NCBI RefSeq assembly: GCF_006345805.1
Contig: NC_043001.1
Span: 19,220,001-19,284,000 of the forward strand
Reading direction: 5' to 3'
Source of the DNA: Octopus sinensis
Lineage: Eukaryota
DNA: 64,000 nt
Part shown: one piece after another, positions 52,000 through 63,213 of the stretch
Layout of the letters: each line of letters opens with the position of its first letter
Position numbering within the stretch: position 1 is the stretch's first letter
The notes under the pieces: model-generated
Database searches by the model: none
The model's input: only the letters and a program-made list of their open reading frames with translations
What the model was told of the DNA's origin: nothing
Translations under genes and position numbers: made by a program

Positions 52000-53051
52000 C
52001 TCTACATATATATATAGTATATTATTGTCTCTACTAGAGCCTTAACTAAAACCCTTCCTATATTATTTCTAGTACTAGCTAATTCCGTACCAAATCTGAT
52101 TGACTCAAATTTAATGGTTCTTTTGAGGGCATACCACCATTTATTATTAATAATGGAACTGGTTGATGCCCATACTATCTAGGTCAAATCTACAGGTCAC
52201 AAATTTGTGATCACTGTTGTTGACAATATGATATTGTGGACAACTAACTATATTTTTACCATTAGTTCTAACAATAATCCTGTCAAGATAAGATCTGGAC
52301 GACCCATCGTTATTTGCCCATACCCACAATGGAGCATCCGGGTGATCCAGTCTGAATCGCTCTGCCAGCTGAAAACGACTTAGCAAACCGCTAAGGCAAG
52401 GGATCCCTCCCCCAACCATCCGGGTTCGAGCCAACACGATCTACGCGTGCATCGTAGAATGTGTTAAATTCACCTAACAACACTAAAGTGTGCGACGTTC
52501 CTTAAAAATTCTCTAGGCTTCAAAAATAGTCAGACTGACCAGCTCCACAGGGAACCTAGACAGCCACCAAACTAAAGGCCTTACCACTTTTGCGTGTCAC
52601 ATCTAAGGCGACCAACCTGCCCTCCGGACCTACAAAGATAGTCTTACCTCAAAATCCTGGTTTTTCCCGAGTAGAACTGTAACTCCTGCTTTTTAATATT
52701 CCTCCAAAGAGCCTGAAGGACCTACACTAAGTAGATGTAGGTGTTTTCAAATCAAAACTGGACCTCTTCCTGTCAAGAGTCCCAGATGAACCTACCTCGG
52801 TGCAAATGAGGATAGTGAAATCAAACTCCCTTATTCACCAAATGCCACATATTAGAGAAGGCCCTGACTAAAAACAGCGTAGCAAAACAGCGGTGCCCCT
52901 GCCTGGCCGCAGATCTGAGCTGAAACTACAAAAAATCAAAAAAACATATATATATATATATATGTGTGTGTGTGTATACACACACATATATATATACATA
53001 TACATATATATATACACATGTATATATATATGCATACACACACATACACAC

Positions 53052-53093
<42 letters not shown>

Positions 53094-53109
53094 ATATATA
53101 TATACATAT

Positions 53110-53156
<47 letters not shown>

Positions 53157-53157
53157 G

Positions 53158-53212
<55 letters not shown>

Positions 53213-53243
53213 ATATATATGTATGTATATATATATGTATATA

Positions 53244-53293
<50 letters not shown>

Positions 53294-53364
53294 AATTAAA
53301 TTGACAGAATAAGATAAAAAAATCAAAGGCTGTAAATAGTTTCCAGAACATTTATGAAGAAAAG

Positions 53365-53412
53365 GACTTACTGCTGTTTCCGGGATATCCTATATATCCC
53401 GTCATCAGAGAC
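53365..53412 (-). ncRNA. Type I hammerhead in a Penelope pLTR fragment (~53330-53700)
   Basis: TCT-CTGATGA-CGGGATAT-loop-ATATCCCG-GAAAC-AGCA-GTA-AGT; perfect 8-bp stem II, weak stem I. Confidence 0.7.
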
Positions 53413-53700
53413 AGTGCGAGAAAATGCTTGAGTGTTGATCATTATAGAGAAGATATGAAATACTGTGGGAAGTAATAGAATGATAATAGAAGTGAGATAC
53501 ATAAGTATATTGTATTTAAGTCGTGAAGAAGTTTCCTGTACCTTGTGTGTGGGTTCCTATGGTAGTTATGTTGGTCATTCTAAGCATAGAGCCTTGTAAA
53601 CAGTGTTGTTCGATCGAAGGGGTTTTTTTGCTGTCCATAGCACTGATACGATTTACCTGATACGATTTACGTCTTCTTGACACCAATACCTCTCATACCG

Positions 53701-53770
<70 letters not shown>

Positions 53771-54246
53771 ATAGTCTACTTTCACATTATCCAAAATGTC
53801 GTCTAAGTTTGCTAGATGGCTCGGTGCATCATCTAAAATAAGCAAAGCTTTGCTGGAAATGTTGTGTTTGGCACTGAACCTTTCTACGGCAGGACAAAAA
53901 GCTTTCGTAAATCACTCTTTGAAAAGGGTCTTAGTCATCCATGTCTTATAAAACTGAAAGAAGTCCGTCGTATATATATATGTGTGTATATGTTTGTGTC
54001 TGTGTTTATCGCCCCCCCCCCCCCCAACATCGCTTGACAACCGATGCTGATGTGTTTACGTCCCCATAACTTAGCGGTTCGGCAATAGAGACCGATATGA
54101 TAAGTATTAGGCTTACAAAGAATAAGTCCCGGGGTCGATTTGTTCGACTAAAGGCGGTGCTCCAGCATGGCCACAGTCAGATGACTGGAACAAATAACGA
54201 ATAAAAGAATACTAATTTGCCTCTATTTAATTTTTTTTTCTCACAG

Positions 54247-54472
54247 TTAATGACACTCAATGCCGTAAAATCTGGCCCGAAGATTTTAAATCTTGGAACA
54301 GGGATAAAATACAAACATTTTTAGATACCCATTCGGGAAAGGAGTCAACAACAACCACTACTCCAACATCAGAAACCAATACCATAACACTGGTTGCTTC
54401 TTTGGCCACTTTTTTGGTATTAGCGATCATATTTATTCTCTTCTTAATTTTATGGATATCATTTAGACGAAA
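54247..54472 (+). CDS. Receptor gene B, stalk plus TM exon (226 bp, phase 1-2)
   Basis: ttctcacag|..|gtaagt. Reads NDTQCRKIWPEDFKSWNRDKIQTFLDTHSGKESTTTTTPTSETNTITLVASLATFLVLAIIFILFLILWISFRRK; 42 bp shorter than A and in frame. Confidence 0.9.
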
Positions 54473-54499
54473 GTAAGTAAAGTTTCTGTTTCGTTATTA

Positions 54500-56200
54500 C
54501 CGTTTATTATACAAGAATCCTTCGCTTTACGAACGTAGGGCGTTCCTAAAAATCTTTCCGTAACACCAAATTCTGTAATGCAAAATTGATTTTTATATTA
54601 TCAAGTTAGATTGCGTTCCTACGGACACTTTTTGGAAGACAAAGAAACACAAGAAAACAAGAGAGGATAAGGAAAACGATCGCCATTATACATAAATAGA
54701 GAATACCAAACTCATTCCCTATGGATACCATATTTATTACAACAGGTGGCTTGTAAACGTATCTAACTCGCTATCGCTCGTTAGATACGTTTACAAGCCA
54801 CGAGTTGTAATAAATACGGTATCCATAGGGAATGAGTTTGGTATTTTATTTATTACACACGAATAAACGACCATATTTTATTAACCCAATAACTAAATTC
54901 TTCACGTTTAGTTGTAACTTATGAATGACAAAAGTAGTGCCGTCACCGTGACCTCAGGTCATCACCATGGATTGACCAATCAGAAGCAGCGCTGTCACCG
55001 TGACCTCGGGTCATCGCCATGGATTGACCAATCAGAAGCAGCGCTCGCAGTATCTGACATATGTTAGATACCAAAAATATCTCAAAGTGTTCTCACTCTC
55101 ATGTGTAATAAAAATAGTTTCCAAACATTAACGGTACAAATATTGTAATTGAAACCACAAAACCATTTCAAGAGGAACCCAGTTAGGGAATTAATAAGAA
55201 TTGCGACATTGTAAGAGTATGTTCTTACCGCAAAAGATATTGGCTACTGTGTGAGGGTTGGGGGTGGAATGAGCGTTACTAGGGGGATGAAGGACAATAT
55301 TTAATATCTTATACTTCGTTATCACGACAATCAGCTTGGGTGGGGTGGGAGAACGTATCCAAAGTTGTTTGTTGTTTATGATGCACCATTGCACAGCTCA
55401 GTATAGAAACTAAGCTCATTGTAAATTCCTCTTGGAATGTTTATGTTACGTTCTCCATTAGGATTAGCATCTGCAAAAGCCTGCAGACCTTTCTCTACAA
55501 GTGCCAATTCTTTAGCAATAAATTTGGTCGTCAGTTTAAGTGGTGCTGGTGGAACTTCCTTTGTTTCATCTGTATACACAGCTAGTTCCTTTTCTAATTC
55601 CATCAGCTCCTCGCTGGATAAACTTTCTCTCTGGGACACTAGCGACTCAATCACATCATCCTCTATGACTTCTTCGAACTCTACATCCTTTGCAAGTGTG
55701 CAATATCTATCCGAACTTAATGTAGACTTCCTTCTCGAGGAAAACTTGTAATGCCACGGTTACAGTCTTGCTCTATACTTTTCCAAGCACCACACAAAAA
55801 TGAAAGTTTCACTTCATCTCATGACTCAGCTATTGTATCCACAGCATCCATTCTGTTGAATTTCTTCCAGAAATTTCCAATTGTAAGTTTATCATCCCTG
55901 TCACTTACTTTCTTAAGTTGTTTGAAAGTTCTCAATTTAGCTTTTTCCCCTTGGTTGTATTTTGGGGGATATAGTCTACTTTCACATTATCCAAAATGTC
56001 GTCTAAGTTTGCTAGATGGCTCGGTGCATCGTCTAAAATAAGCAAAGCTTTGTTGGAAATGTTGTGTCTGGCACTGAACCTTTCTACGGCAGGACAAAAA
56101 GCTTTCGTAAACCACTCTTTGAAAAGGGTCTTAGTCATCCATGTCTTATTTTAACGCCAAATCAGAGGTAGATTAAACTTTAACTGACTCATTGAAATCC
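54500..56200 (-). mobile_element. pogo/Tigger transposon remnant (DDE_1); present in copy B only
   Basis: MTKTLFKEWFTKAFCPAV..KALLILDDAPSH..YIPQNTT; Tigger-like terminus near 54507. Confidence 0.8.
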
Positions 56201-56631
56201 GTATCTCAGAGGGATTGGAATTCAAAGTGTAGATAAACGTAACTAAATTGTGTTGGTCAGTTTATTCACTCAGTCTACAAATCCATCGCTTATCCGTATT
56301 TCTTGTTTGAAGTTGACTACTTCATCAGTGTGCGGGCGGTTTACTCCAGAAAAACAACACTCGAACCAAACATTAAGAATTACGGAAACACTCGCTAATT
56401 TACAGTACTCCTATTCTTTACAACAACAAATTTTACAAATCCATGAAAGCTATTTATAGTGGACTGTACTCGCCATAAGTAAGTGCCTTCGTTATAGATA
56501 CCACATACATATCAACATAGATGTTGTCAGCCTTTCGCCTTACAATCCCCTTGTGATCCCCATTCATGCTGGTTTAATATTTCTTTGATTTTTCTGGAAG
56601 AAGACCTGGTTGGTATTTGAAATCAGAACGT

Positions 56632-57062
56632 GGATCTTTTCTGTTTGAACGGCAGTTTTTTCTAGCGGTGTCATATGAAATTGTCACCCATAATTATGAC
56701 CCTAGTATCGATCTATTGCATTTCAATCTGTTTTAGGGTTAGGGTTAGGGTTAGGGTTAGGGGTGGGGGAAGGGTATCTTTTTTTTCTTCACAAATGTAA
56801 ATCAACCCAATCTGTTTCTTAAACGAGGGACATAGTCATACAGCACAGAATGTTTTTTTACCTCAATAGACGTCCGTGATTGATTGAAATTGCAGAAATT
56901 GAAGAAAAAAAACAACAAATATCTTACAAACTATAGAATTTTCTCAATAAAGCCAAGAGAAAAAGATGTTTTATAAACACATTCTACCAGTATACGAAGC
57001 TTAAAAGTGTTTAGTTACGTGGAAATTATTTTAAAAAACTGCCCTTCAAACCGAAAAGATCC
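56632..57062. mobile_element. MITE with an 8-bp TSD and GG..CC termini (Merlin-like), containing (TTAGGG)5
   Basis: TSD CAGAACGT at 56624-56631 and 57063-57070; TIR GGATCTTTTCTGTTTGAACGGCAGTTTTT; absent from copy A. Confidence 0.85.
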
Positions 57063-57171
57063 CAGAACGTAAATAAACGTACACTAAATCCCTCAAAATA
57101 TTTTAACCGACACTTTACAGATTTAGCCGTTCACGTACCACTTAATGATATTCATTTGGTATTTCCTCCAG

Positions 57172-57265
57172 ACGAAACTCAACTCCAGATGATAAATTCG
57201 CCAGTTCTAATGTTCAATATGTAAATGAGAACAATCATACGTATGAAGAAATCGATGAAACTATG
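57172..57265 (+). CDS. Receptor gene B, cytoplasmic exon 1 (94 bp)
   Basis: tttcctccag|..|gttagt. Reads RNSTPDDKFASSNVQYVNENNHTYEEIDETM. Confidence 0.8.
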
Positions 57266-57413
57266 GTTAGTACTTACTCTCTTCTTCTTTGTCTCTATTT
57301 CTCCCTTCTCTTTTCTTCTCTCTTCTTCTCTCTTTCCTCCCCTCTCCTCCTTTCCCTCTTTCCCCTTTTTATTATACATGCCTAATTTATATGTTGATAT
57401 TTTTTTTACAAGG

Positions 57414-57640
57414 CGGCGAGCTGGCAGAAACGTTAGCACGCTGGGCGAAATGCGTAGCCGTATTTCGTCTGCCGTTACGTTCTGAGTTCAAATTCCGCCG
57501 AGATCGACTTTGCCTTTCATCCTTTCGGGGTCGATAAATTAAGTACCAGTTACGCACTAGGGACGATGTAATCGACTAAATCCGTTTGTCTGTCCTTGTT
57601 TGTCCCCTCTGTGTTTAGCCCCTTGTAGGTAGTAAAGAAA
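57414..57640 (+). mobile_element. SINE family C
   Basis: GGCGAGCTGGCAGAAACGTTAGCAC..GAGTTCAAATTCC tRNA-like head. Confidence 0.85.
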
Positions 57641-57807
57641 TATATATGTTGTTATTTTTTGTTTTTTCACAATATAATGGGCGATCTCATTGCACGGCAC
57701 CTGGGACAAGTCTATTCTACCATAGCCTCCAGTCGACCAAAGACATGTGAGGGAAAATTAGACTGAAACGAGAAGAGCTTCTCTGTTCCTCTTTGTGTTA
57801 TCACCAC

Positions 57808-58195
57808 TGCGTGGAGGCGCAATGGCCCAGTGGTTAGGGCAGCGGACTCGCGGTCATAGGATCGCGGTTTCGATTCCCAGACCGGGCTTTGTGAGTGTTT
57901 ATTGAGCGAAAACACCTAAAGCTCCACGAGGCTCCGGCAGGGGATGGTGGTGATCCCTGCTGTACTCTTTCACCACAACTTTCTCTCACCTTTACTTCCT
58001 GTTTCTGCTGTACCTGTATTTCAAAGGGCCGGCCTTGTCACTCTCTGTGTCACGCTGAATATCCCCGAGAACTACGTTAAGGGTACACGTGTCTGTGGAG
58101 TGCTCAGCCACTTACACGTTAATTTCACGAGCAGGCTGTTCCCTTGATTCGGATCAACCGGAACCCTCGTCGTCGTAACCGACGGAATGCTTCAA
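57808..58195 (+). mobile_element. SINE family B
   Basis: tRNA-like head GGCCCAGTGGTTAGGGCAGCGGACTCGCGG..GGTTTCGATTCCC. Confidence 0.85.
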
Positions 58196-58794
58196 CTATC
58201 ACCACTGCATGACTGTTTCGCCCCTTTTGCAGAGGCTGCGCTGTTGCATGTATTCAGACTAGTTGTGACTGTTAAGCGTTTCAGAGAACTGTTAATGGTT
58301 TCAGTGAAATTGGTAAAGAAAAAAAATTCGAATTCGAAATGAAGAACTGGATATCTTCAACATTACATCTCACCTTCTCAATGAAGCTCATCTTCTTTCT
58401 CCCCGTTATTACTTGATATATATATCAAGAGATGTTCACAGCTTTTCGTTCGCGATAGACATAACGCTAAACATCAAGAAATTGAATTAGAAACGAAAGA
58501 ACCCCATAAAATCCATGAGCAAATGCGTTCCGGTAGAGGACATCTTATCCTTTGGAAGATAGTGCGTGGTAAGGTGTAGTTTGAGGAACATTTAGCTGCT
58601 ATAACAATCAGACGGAGCTTCACTTTAAACAATTGGCCTCTGTTTTGTTACATCGGAAAGATAAAATAAAATGTAGACTTAGGTGGGTTTTGAACTCGAA
58701 ACGTAAAGAAATGTAACAAAATAGTAATAAGCGACCGATTCTACCATCCAGCCATCTACCATGACCTATATATCTTCTTTTTATTTTATTTTAG

Positions 58795-58998
58795 ATATCT
58801 TCTTCCTTCTGCAATAGTAAGGAATCGGATAAAAGTACTACAACAACGAACACAAGAAACATTAGTGAGGAATCATATGAAGTCCTAGAAGAAAAATCTT
58901 CTCCGCAATATAATAAACTGTTTTTTACGGACTATAATGAAGAACACCAAGTGAACAATGGGAACAGAAATAACATTTATCATATCGTTGAAGACTAA
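58795..58998 (+). CDS. Receptor gene B, terminal exon with a canonical ITAM
   Basis: ttttattttag|ATA. Reads ISSSFCNSKESDKSTTTTNTRNISEESYEVLEEKSSPQYNKLFFTDYNEEHQVNNGNRNNIYHIVED*. Confidence 0.8.
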   Translation: MSSSFCNSKESDKSTTTTNTRNISEESYEVLEEKSSPQYNKLFFTDYNEEHQVNNGNRNNIYHIVED

Positions 58999-60184
58999 AA
59001 TCTACTGGTGATAACGATACATTTTATAACTTAATAATTAATCAAAATCTGTTACTAGTAACAATCTGTTACTGTTCGATAACCAAAACCTATGGATAGA
59101 TGATAACAATGACTTGATGGTTTTCAATATAATATATCACGTGATACCATTATTGGAGTTATCTCACTTCCTTTTCGTTTTTAGATTTTAAAAATGTGAG
59201 ATTTCTTCCCTGAAGACGGAGGAAATTGATTCCAACGTCAGACGAGACGAGCCCCCGTCTTCAGGAAAGAAATCTTATATTTGAAATGTTGGCAGAAGGG
59301 AGATTAAAGATGGATTCCGACGATGAAATCTATTACAATTATTTTGGACCAGCAGCTAAGTTTACGTTGACATCATCTATAGACAGTGTTACGCCCTCTT
59401 CTTTGATGGGGCAGTATGAATTCTTTGTACGCCATCTCATAAGAACTGTTACCTCTCTGAGAATCCTGCTCCTATGTATAGTGGCCTTTCTCTCTGGGAC
59501 AATCTTGCATTATGAGCACGAATTCTTTGAATTTCATGTTGTCAGAAGTACCGAGACATTGAGGCCAATCTTATTTGATTATCTCTTTCTCAATTGATTT
59601 CCAGTCTGCTTTATAAAGATTGAAATTGGATAGTTTTTAGGTACTCCCCATAAGCCGATCGTCTTCGGATTTTTTTGGTTTATACTTGGTCAGCACAATT
59701 ACATTTCATCCGGGACTAGCGTCGGTGTAACTTTCACGTTATGGACGAAATCCACATTGTTTGTGAAACAGAGATCAAGTCTACTATCTGCCTGGTTGGT
59801 TAGAGTATTACTTGCTCTATGTTGGCGAGGCTGAGCAGGGATTTCCACCTGATTTTGAGTACATTGTGTCATTTCTGAGAGGAAAAGTTCCTCAGTTCGT
59901 CATACGTTGGACAGGCTGAAGTCTCCCATAAGAAGTACACTGTTGTGTTGTTCTAGATTGGTTAAGATTTCTATTCTTCCAAGACAGTCTTCGAATAGGT
60001 CCGTATGATTTGGAGCATCTAGTGGACGATAAGTGCTACATATAACGATATCGAGTTGTCACACACACAAACACAAACACACACACACACACACATATAT
60101 ATATATTTATATATTTATATACACATACATATACATATATGTAAACACATATATACATACATTATATATAATAAATATATATAA

Positions 60185-60224
<40 letters not shown>

Positions 60225-60464
60225 CATATATATAGGCATATATATATGTATGTGTGTGTGACAACTCGATATCGTTATATTTCGAAAACTGCCTTGCAGG
60301 AAGAGAAATCTTAACCAAACTAGAACAATATAGGGATAGTTCACGAAATAAACAAAAGACGAAGACAGGTGGTGTACAAAACAAACAGATATATGGTATA
60401 ATGCTCAGGAATTGAAAAAAAGTATTTACGTTTTGAGCCTACGCTCTTCTATGTATATATAGAA

Positions 60465-60524
<60 letters not shown>

Positions 60525-60734
60525 CGTAGTAGTGCCTGTGTGGTAAGTAGCTTGCTTACGAACCAATGGTTCCGGTTACAGTCACACTGCTTGGCACCTT
60601 GGGTAAGTGTCTTCTACTATAGCCTTGGGCCGACCAAAGCCTTGTGAGTGGATTTGGTAGACGGAAACTGACAGAAGCCCTTCGCATATATAGGTATGTA
60701 TGTATGTATGTATGTATGTGTGTATGTATGTATG

Positions 60735-60768
<34 letters not shown>

Positions 60769-61021
60769 TGTATGTATGTATGTATGTATGTATGTATGTA
60801 TATATGTGTGTGTGTCTATGTTTGTGTGTCTGTATGTGTCCCCCTAACATCGCTTGACAACCGATGCTGGTGTGTTTACGTTCCGGTAAGTTAGCGATAG
60901 AATAAGTACTAGGTTTACAAAGAATAAGTCCTGGGGTCGATTTGCTCGACTAAAGGCGATGCTCCAGCATGGCCACAGTCAAATGACTGAAACAAGTAAA
61001 GAGTAAAAGAGAGTAAATATA

Positions 61022-61111
<90 letters not shown>

Positions 61112-61306
61112 ATATATACTAAGCAATAAGGGTTTAGCAACGAATTGCCTTACCACATACCGAATTTAGAAATAGCAGTCAAAGGGTTATAGCTATTTCT
61201 TCTACTAAAAAGGGAGATCTCAGTAAAAACAGCAATTGGAAGGCTGACACAAACAGGTAAGAGAGAATGAATTAACTGCAATCTATCAAACATTTTTAAA
61301 AGTTAT

Positions 61307-61410
61307 CCACGGACGTACGTTTCGAAATCAAGTTTTAGGAAAGCATAAGAATTAAATATTAAATATTAAATAATTCTATCTTACCGAAACTTCTTTTCTC
61401 TTCAGCGTAG
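61307..61410 (-). ncRNA. Type I hammerhead ribozyme, unit 1
   Basis: CTACG-CTGAAGA-GAAA..TTTC-GAAAC-GTAC-GTC-CGTGG; stem I keeps pairing through a G-U wobble. Confidence 0.85.
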
Positions 61411-61907
61411 AATACTATAATCATAAATGATTATATATTGAATTTTGAGATACTAGGAGGCACCAACTCAACTCAGTATCAGAGCGAGCTAGAATCCGCA
61501 ACTAGTATCACCGAATTCAAATTTGTGAATGAAACGATTGTGTCAACAGCCCCTTCCCACCCGCGTGTAGCCAAAACAAGATGCTGTGGTCATCTACTGA
61601 GATAAAATATGGTTATCCGTAATAATGAAGGGTGAAATTAATTAATTTGGAATAATTATCAATTACACCAAGTAGTCTTCGGCATGTAAAAGCCTCATTC
61701 GAGGAAAATTTAAGTAATACTAAGCAATAAGGGTTTAGCAACGAATTGCCTTACCACATACCGAATTTAGAAATAGCAGTCAAAGGGTTATAGCTATTTC
61801 TTCTACTAAAAAGGGAGATCTCAGTAAAAACAGCAATTGGAAGGCTGACACAAACAGGTAAGAGAGAATGAATTAACTGCAATCTATCAAACATTTTTAA
61901 AAGTTAT

Positions 61908-62012
61908 CTACGGACGTACGTTTCGAAATCAAGTTTTTAGGAAAGCATAAGAATCAAATATTAAATATTAAATAATCCTATCTTACCGAAACTTCTTTTC
62001 TCTTCAGCGTAG
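61908..62012 (-). ncRNA. Type I hammerhead ribozyme, unit 2
   Basis: Same as unit 1 with a perfect stem I (CTACG/CGTAG). Confidence 0.88.
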
Positions 62013-62507
62013 AATACTATAATCATAAATGATTATATATTGAATTTGAGATACTAGGAGGCACCAACTCAACTCAGTATCAGAGCGAGCTAGAATCCGC
62101 AACTAGTATCACCGAATTCAAATTTGTGAATGAAACGATTGTGTCAACAGCCCTTCCCACCCGCGTGTAGCCAAAACAAGATGCTGTGGTCATCTACTGA
62201 GATAAAATATGGTTATCCGTAATAATGAAGGGTGAAATTAATTAATTTGGAATAATTATCAATTACACCAAGTAGTCTTCGGCATGTAAAAGCCTCATTC
62301 GAGGAAAATTTAAGTAATACTAAGCAATAAGGGTTTAGCAACGAATTGCCTTACCACATACCGAATTTAGAAATAGCAGTCAAAGGGTTATAGCTATTTC
62401 TTCTACTAAAAAGGGAGATCTCAGTAAAAACAGCAATTGGAAGGCTGACACAAACAGGTAAGAGAGAATGAATTAACTGCAATCTATCAAACATTTTTAA
62501 AAGTTAT

Positions 62508-62612
62508 CTACGGACGTACGTTTCGAAATCAAGTTTTTAGGAAAGCATAAGAATCAAATATTAAATATTAAATAATTCTATCTTACCGAAACTTCTTTTC
62601 TCTTCAGCGTAG
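62508..62612 (-). ncRNA. Type I hammerhead ribozyme, unit 3
   Basis: Same as unit 2. Confidence 0.88.
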
Positions 62613-63108
62613 AATACTATAATCATAAATGATTATATATTGAATTTTGAGATACTAGGAGGCACCAACTCAACTCAGTATCAGAGCGAGCTAGAATCCG
62701 CAACTAGTATCACCGAATTCAAATTTGTGAATGAAACGATTGTGTCAACAGCCCCTTCCCACCCGCGTGTAGCCAAAACAAGATGCTGTGGTCATCTACT
62801 GAGATAAAATATGGTTATCCGTAATAATGAAGGGTGAAATTAATTAATTTGGAATAATTATCAATTACACCAAGTAGTCTTCGGCATGTAAAAGCCTCAT
62901 TCGAGGAAAATTTAAGTAATACTAAGCAATAAGGGTTTAGCAACGAATTGCCTTACCACATACCGAATTAGAAATAGCAGTCAAAGGGTTATAGCTATTT
63001 CTTCTACTAAAAAGGGAGATCTCAGTAAAAACAGCAATTGGAAGGCTGACACAAACAGGTAAGAGAGAATGAATTAACTGCAATCTATCAAACATTTTTA
63101 AAAGTTAT

Positions 63109-63213
63109 CTACGGACGTACGTTTCGAAATCAAGTTTTTAGGAAAGCATAAGAATCAAATATTAAATATTAAATAATTCTATCTTACCGAAACTTCTTTT
63201 CTCTTCAGCGTAG
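63109..63213 (-). ncRNA. Type I hammerhead ribozyme, unit 4
   Basis: Same as unit 2. Confidence 0.88.

Noticed and set aside
61655-61705. Possible second hammerhead per 600-bp unit (CTCGAATGA-GGC..GCC-GAAGAC)
   Set aside because: It needs three insertions in the catalytic core and has no stem I or III.
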